In this document: piece by piece, positions 57,675 to 64,000 of the stretch | How positions within the stretch are numbered: the first letter of the stretch is position 1 | Layout: every line of letters starts with the position of its first letter | Assembly (NCBI GenBank): GCA_973895155.1 | Contig: OZ316897.1 | Location: 16,846,058 to 16,910,057, forward strand | DNA length: 64,000 nt | Direction: 5' to 3' | Origin: Marsupella aquatica | Taxonomy: Eukaryota > Plantae > Marchantiophyta | The notes under the pieces: generated by a model | Told to the model about the DNA's origin: nothing | What the model saw: only the letters and a program-made list of their open reading frames with translations | The model's database searches: none | Program-made: the position numbers and the translations under genes

Positions 57675-60600
57675 ATAAATCATGCATGTCATCATTTTTA
57701 ATAATCATTCATAACATACCACTCTTTTCTATGCATATTTCTCTTTCTATGCACATATGTTATGGGGGGGACATAGAGTCCATTTTTTAATGCAAATAGA
57801 AATCATGACAAAAATATATATATATTATCATTTGACATAGATGAGTTTTCCATTCACATGATTATCATTTGATATACATCATAGTCATGAGTTTTCCATT
57901 CACAATGAGCCATGGAGTTACACTCTAGAGACTTCACTCTAGAAGCCTACTAGGCTAGCTATAACTCTAGCTTATAGTTGGTACTTTATAAGTAAGATGT
58001 ATACAAGATTACATAATGCATGTGGTTACAAAGTAACTCTAGACCTAAGAATAAATATCTAACACATGGGTGACCAAGCATAGGGTCTAAGGGAAGATAT
58101 AAAATGTTAGAAAAGACCATTAATATCTTTTAAATCCCATTCTTCATACTTATAAGAAAAGGTAGAGTTTATTTTTGTTTATTTTATAAAATTTAAGAGT
58201 AAATCTTACATAAAGGGATCAGTCAGGCACAACTTCTGAACCCAAGACCTATGAGTCACTACTCAAGTGAGCTACCGCACAGCCATGTCTCTCTGGGGCA
58301 AAAGGTAGAGCTTTTAAAACCAAATTTAGAAAAATTCCAAATTATAGAGATAAAACATCTTCAGTAAAAAAACTGTTTTCTTTAGTTTGATGGTGTCCAA
58401 GACTTCCAAATGGTGCTTGCAATGGGGGGGGGGGGGGGGGGGGCGCGCTTGATATAGCAAGGGGCCGAGTCTTTTGAGTGGACAGAAGAAAAGGGGAATT
58501 TGGCAGACACATTCCTGATTCCTTATAATGAATTTACATCCAAATTGACCAGGCATGTCAAGCTTCATTGTAGTCTACAAAATGTTAAGTTATCAACTCA
58601 GGAATCTAAAAATGTAACTTACTTTTAAAAAAAGCAAACCTTGTTTGTTTGTGTAAAACACTTCAGTTGATCAAAAGCAAATCATGTGGGTTTAGTAATA
58701 CAATGGTCTGCAGCCTAGGATTTTTATTTTTATTATAAATTAAGATAATAAAATTTACAAAATTTTAAGTAATATTTAGTTAGTGGAAAGAGAAGAAAAT
58801 CAAACCTTTTTACTTTTTAAAACTAATTTTTTGAGTGGAAAATCAAAATTCTAATTTATTATAGCCAGCTTAGTCCATCTAAACATGCGAGCATTGTCTT
58901 TTATATAAGAGTCGCATACCCAGGAATTTCCATGACCCGGCCCATAAGCAAATTGTTGGATGGTTGTCTTATGAGGTATTGATTTTTTCTTTTTAGGCCC
59001 TGATTATGTCTCAGGCAAAGCTTACTTAAATTTTTATAGGGGTAACCAAAATTAATGAAAAGAGACAACTGGAAAGGTATCTGAGGGTCTCACTTCCACA
59101 AAAAGCGTCACATCAAGTGCGACAAAACATAGTGTTGGATTCAAGGGAATGCTTCAAATTTGTAGTTTAAGAACATTACTTACTTAGGGTCTTTTAAATC
59201 CAATTTGAGACTTATACTTCCTAAGCCTTATCTCCCCAAAATCCTCTAAAGAAGGTTTTATGCAATGTATGGCCCTACATATAGTGAAGCTGCACACTAT
59301 TCTTGTCATATAAGTTTCCAGTGAATCCTATAATGAATCATGTGAGTATATATATATGATAGAAAGTTACATGATCAAAATACAGGAATCTCACTCACAG
59401 TGCTCTATCCACTCATGTTGGTCGTGTTTTCCTCGTGCTTGGGTAGATTTTGCACCGTTGCTTGTTATTAATGGGCCCTTGCACCTCCCCTTTTACCAAT
59501 AAAAAAACCAACAAAAAAAAGTGCTCCATCCAAGAAGAAAAACGAAATTTCCAACAGATTGTCTCCATGACAAACTGAGTATAAGATTGCAATCATCACC
59601 AATGAAAGTGACCCGCACATTGCAACATCTAATGATTGCTCATTCAGCTAGATGCCTTGACAGATTTTGTAGGTGAAATACATAGCATTTCCATCCATGT
59701 TTTTAAATCTAGGCTCTAACAAAGTCGAAAGCGCAAAAGGAAGGCAGCCTGGATTGACCATAGTCTTGAGAAACAAGTTGGATGGACCATCAAAACCCAG
59801 ACAAACTATTTTCAAACATTCATAGATTGAACTTAGTATCATTTTTCTTTTATACATGGCCCCTATGAGAAATGGTGAGGAACATTGATTGACGGACTAC
59901 CAAAGCTAGAAGAGTGCTTTCTAAATAATCATCCCCAAAGCATCATAGAAACAAATTACAGCCAAAACACTGACATCTGAAAATGGAAGTTGAAATCAAA
60001 AATCTAACCTTGGGGGTTTCATTTCCATAGAATTGGCACATCACGTGCAATGAAGAATAAGGTAGTTTTATTGGTTCTAAGGGAAGAGTTCAAAATTTTT
60101 GTGGAAAGTTTAGGGTCTTTTAAATCCAATTTTGAGTCTTGTAAGAACACTAAGATGGTTTCAATCAAATTTTTAGAATATTCCAACTTTATAGGGTTTA
60201 AAAATTCTTTTAAATTCTTACATTTCAGGGGGTACATGGCCTTAAAATGTTGTTGGTGATGGGGGGTTTCTGTGTAGTGGGTTTCTATAGTTACGTGACC
60301 ACTTGGGCTATGCTTTGTATCAATCCTACTTGTCTTGGTTGTTGAACATAGACCACAATCGCAACGGTAAGCACATGACACATCCAACGCACAAGCCGGG
60401 CGCGCAAGTAGTCAACACAAGAGATACATGGTTCACCTCCTCGAGGTATGTTCACGGGAACACACAAGAGAGCTTTACTGAACTCTAAGTCCGTCGGCCA
60501 TGTAATTAGGTGATTATTCCAAAAAGAGAGTTAAAGTATCAAAACCATAAATTTTTAAAAATTTTAAGTTTTTATAAGGCCCTTTAAGCAAAATTAAGTT

Positions 60601-60709
60601 AGTATAAGCTCAAATGGGTAAGGATACCATTGGAAGACGTCAAGGCTACTCTGGTTTTCAAATATTAGACGTCAAGATGGCAAGAAGTTGAAAGGAGCTT
60701 CAAAAATGA

Positions 60710-60935
60710 GGTGACGGCCTGGACGGCCTCCTCACAGGGACGGCCGGGACGGCGCCGGCTTGGACGGCTTCTACACAGGGACGGCCGGGATGGCACCCAT
60801 TTTTTGCAAGGATGGCCGACTCCTTCCGCGCCGGCCCGCATGAAAAACTTGAGGACGTCTTGGACGGCCTCCACGTAGGGACGTCCGGGACGTCCACCCC
60901 GCCACGACCTAATGTGACGTCCGCGCCGGCCTAAA
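60710..60935. repeat. GC-rich cluster of GGACG(G/T)CC motifs, possibly subterminal repeats of the Harbinger element
   Basis: About ten GACGGCC/GACGTCC copies upstream of the transposase. Confidence 0.45.
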
Positions 60936-62064
60936 CCTTTTTCTCCAGTTTTCTTTGAGGGATGTCCATGGCGGCCGGCAGTAGGGCGCGAGCATCGACC
61001 CTCCTCCTATTATAGTATGAGATTAGTATTTTATTTTGTAGACTTTTACTTAGCTTTGACCATTTGACTATCCCTTAGTCAAAGTTGACTTTTACTTTAC
61101 TTAGTTTAGACTTAGGAAATGAAGAGGCATGTCTCTTCATTCTCCTTAGCCCATGGGCGATCTCATGTACTTAGGGCTGGGTTCCATGACCGTACGGAAG
61201 GGAGTCCCCGTCCGCGCGCCCTTCCCTCTCCCATAACTTGGGAGGCAGTCGGGGTACCCAGGCCACAGTCGCATGGGGTGACTGTGAGGGGGTACCCAGC
61301 ACATTGTGTCCGTAGGCTGCCGGTTCCACCCCGGCTGCATTCCAAAAATGTTCAGCCAGCCCCCCAGCCCCAAGCCCGACTACGAGACACCAGCCCAGCC
61401 CCAAGCCCAAGTGAAATGCCGACGCCATAGCTACAGCAAGCTCACGAGCTTTTGAGCTCGACATTGAGCTTCCACCATAGCTCCGTGATACCAAACGGCT
61501 CAATAGCGTAGCTCCGCATCTTCTCGCAAAGCCATTCCTACAGCGCGGCTTCATCCCAAACCCAGCCGGCCATTAATCTAGAGTTCTGCTGCGCTGCCAT
61601 ACCTAACCAAAGAGTCGTTTTCAATTGGAAAAATTGCCCACTCCAGCACATTCGTAGAATAGCAATGCAAGAGAGATCATTGTTTGACTCTTGGGATAGG
61701 GGGCTGCGCATGCAATCGACACTCATGGGAGGCTTGGAGTCCATGTTCACTATCTCAGCTACACTGTTCGAGTGAAAGTCTGATTCTGTACCACAGTCGA
61801 GACTCCCGGATCAGGTGCGTAAATTCCTTATCACTTAAATTGATATTTCAATACTACATTCAATGCATGCTGGCCTGTGTAATTAATCTGCAAAATGTGG
61901 TAACGAATCAGTTTGAGTAGTGCAATTCCATAAGGTCATTTGCATTTCATATTTGCTCTGTGTTTTGACTGTCCTTGTGAGTTTTCAAGCTTGGAATCCC
62001 GTTCTCAGAGTTTCTTGTTAATTTCAGGAGCATTGCAGGCATCCGCTGTCATAGAAGAAATCCC

Positions 62065-63484
62065 ATGGCAGATGTGTATGAGCTTTCAGACCTCCCTGAT
62101 CTTAATCAATCTATCCCCACTGTTGTTGCACAGACCAGACCCCCTCCACGAAGATTCCAATCTACTTCAGTGCCACATTCATTCCACTCAATACTTAGAA
62201 CACTTGCTTCTTTGATGGCCTCAATTGCCACTGTTGTGCAACTGATGATGCCTTACTTTGACAGTGGATCCTCTTATTTACTTGAGTCTAGTGACCATTG
62301 TCCAATCACCCAAGCAATGTTTTGTAGAGCCCTGTTATTTTCTCACATAGTGCCATGCTTTTTGCAAGCACTTGGGTTAGTCCATATTCGGCTGAGACAA
62401 GTTGTTGATCAGTGGTACATCAAACCAAGGACTCGACAGAGATTAATAATCTGGATTGATGAGACACCTTGGGAGGATCCACACCGATTTCAAGAGTTTT
62501 TCAGAATTAGCCCCTCTCTGTTTTTTTACTTATGTGAGATGCTGCATGATGATATGATCACAGACCCTCCTGTTTCACTTAGAATCTTGCCCAATCGACA
62601 GCTTTTGGTATGAGACAAGTGGCTCTTGCATTGAGACGTCTAGCAACTGGTGATACTTTTCTGACTCTAGGTGAATTGTTTGGAGTTTCGAAGAGTTCTG
62701 CTGTGAAGGTTACTTGGAAATTTATTTACTCTCTACGGAGGAGGGCTGCACATGTCATTCGATGGCCAGACGAAGCAGGTCTTCTTGAAGTTAAACAGGG
62801 ATTTCAGGATAGATGGGGTTTTCCTAATTGTTGTGGAGCTATTGATGGCACTCACTTCCCTATAGAGTTACCATTTGGAGAGGACTCCACTCAATACTAT
62901 GACTGGAAACACAAGCTTTCAGTCTCCATGCAAGCAATTTGTGATCAGAGATTGAGGTTTTTGGATGTATGTGGTGGACTGCCGGGAAGCATTCAGGATA
63001 CCAGATTAATGAGGATGTCCCGATTTTATTACCAAGTCACACAATACCACACTCGATTGGCTGGGCCTCTATTTCGCTGTCAGGATGGCAGGATGTTGCA
63101 AGAGTACATCATGCAGGGTACCCTTTACTCCCCTGGCTTATTGTTCCTTTCGCTAGAGGTGTGTCTCAGCAGACTGATGATTTTAATTACAAGTTGTCCA
63201 GTAGTAGAATGTGTGTGGAGCGAGCTTTCGGAAGGTTGAAAGGAACATGGAGAATTCTGAGCAGGGTATTGTGGAAGCCTCGAATTGAACGACTTGGGCC
63301 AATGATCTTTTCATGTTGTGTTCTTCATAATCTCATTATAGATAGGAACGATGGGCTGCCAAATGTTGTTTGGCAGCACTATCCACCTCACCCACCAGGC
63401 TATGCAGGAGTGTTGCGTCCTAACCGAAGAGTCTATAGAGGGGGGCCTGAAGCAAGAATGGCTTTATTGGACCACGTAGGATAG
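62065..63484 (+). pseudogene. PIF/Harbinger (DDE_Tnp_4, HARBI1-like) transposase with frameshifts
   Basis: FQEFFRIS, VALALRRLATG, FPNCCGAIDGTH, MQAICD, PGSIQD, AGYPLLPWL, RMCVERAFGRLKGTWRIL and CCVLHN spread over three ORFs, with breaks near 62610 and 63110. Confidence 0.92.
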
Positions 63485-63740
63485 TGAAGCCTGTTCAATT
63501 GTCTGATGAGCAATTTTCTTCAATTTTGAAGCCATTGTAATCCAATCTATTTTATAATACCATGATTCTGTTTTTCAAAAAGCCTCCAGCACCATTCATT
63601 TGATTTGATTTGAGTTGTACTTTACTTTGAATGTCACAATATCACAACTAAATAACATGCAGAAAAGCTTGTACAAATGAAATGTTTCTGCAATAGCTCA
63701 CAGTATGAATCTCAAGAAAATTGTCCATACATTAGTTGAA

Positions 63741-63901
63741 GGTTACAAAATGTCAAAATATCTTCTGCAGGTGTGAAAATGGTTACAAAATGTCAAAATA
63801 TCTTCTGCAGGTGCGAAAATGGCTAAAAATGTCACAATATCTTCTGCAGGTGCGAAAATGGCTACAAAATGTCACAATATCTTCTGCAGGTGCGAAAATG
63901 G
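63741..63901. repeat. ~40-bp tandem repeat x4
   Basis: GG(T/C)TACAAAATGTCA(A/C)AATATCTTCTGCAGGTG(T/C)GAAAAT units. Confidence 0.92.
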
Positions 63902-64000
63902 TGCTAATCAAACACTGCTTCTATCGATGATCTGTTTCAGAATTTTCTAGCCTGTATTTCTCACTTCTTTGTACAGACATCAGTCGATGGCAGTAATTAA

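Noticed and set aside
404-63930. Most short ORFs (60-175 aa) in the track
   Set aside because: They are antisense or alternate-frame shadows of TE and NHL genes, or low-complexity sequence without motifs.

Overview
Eukaryotic, plant-type genomic DNA (GT-AG introns, NDR1/HIN1-like genes; a bryophyte/lycophyte-like host is my inference). The left 35 kb is a nest of transposons. (i) The end of a TG..CA element with a long ORF (1-2467) is inserted into the 3' LTR of (ii) a young, intact minus-strand Ty3/Gypsy non-chromovirus (2468-15178). That element has a tRNA-Asp-type PBS, gag-protease and RT-RNaseH-integrase ORFs separated by TGA-CAATTA (a readthrough signal), and three accessory 3' ORFs. (iii) CACTA remnants follow, with a spliced SET-domain gene directly upstream of the transposase. 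(iv) A ~11.8 kb DNA-transposon-like unit (~22698-34540) interrupts that transposase. It encodes a spliced DUF7869/Sola-like DDE transposase and, convergently, a three-exon ~1050-aa ParB/Srx + beta-class N6A/N4C DNA methyltransferase fusion. It also carries an F-box relic and small ORFs, and has about 20 copies or variants of the palindrome CGATAAATTTATCG, mostly in introns and spacers. This unit is the best candidate for an undescribed system. The right half holds three single-exon NDR1/HIN1-like (LEA_2) genes, a 4.7-kb TG..CA insertion with a 5-bp TSD and a ~1230-codon ORF (giant solo-LTR-like), and a PIF/Harbinger transposase pseudogene. All calls are from by-eye motif reading and alignment; no searches were run.
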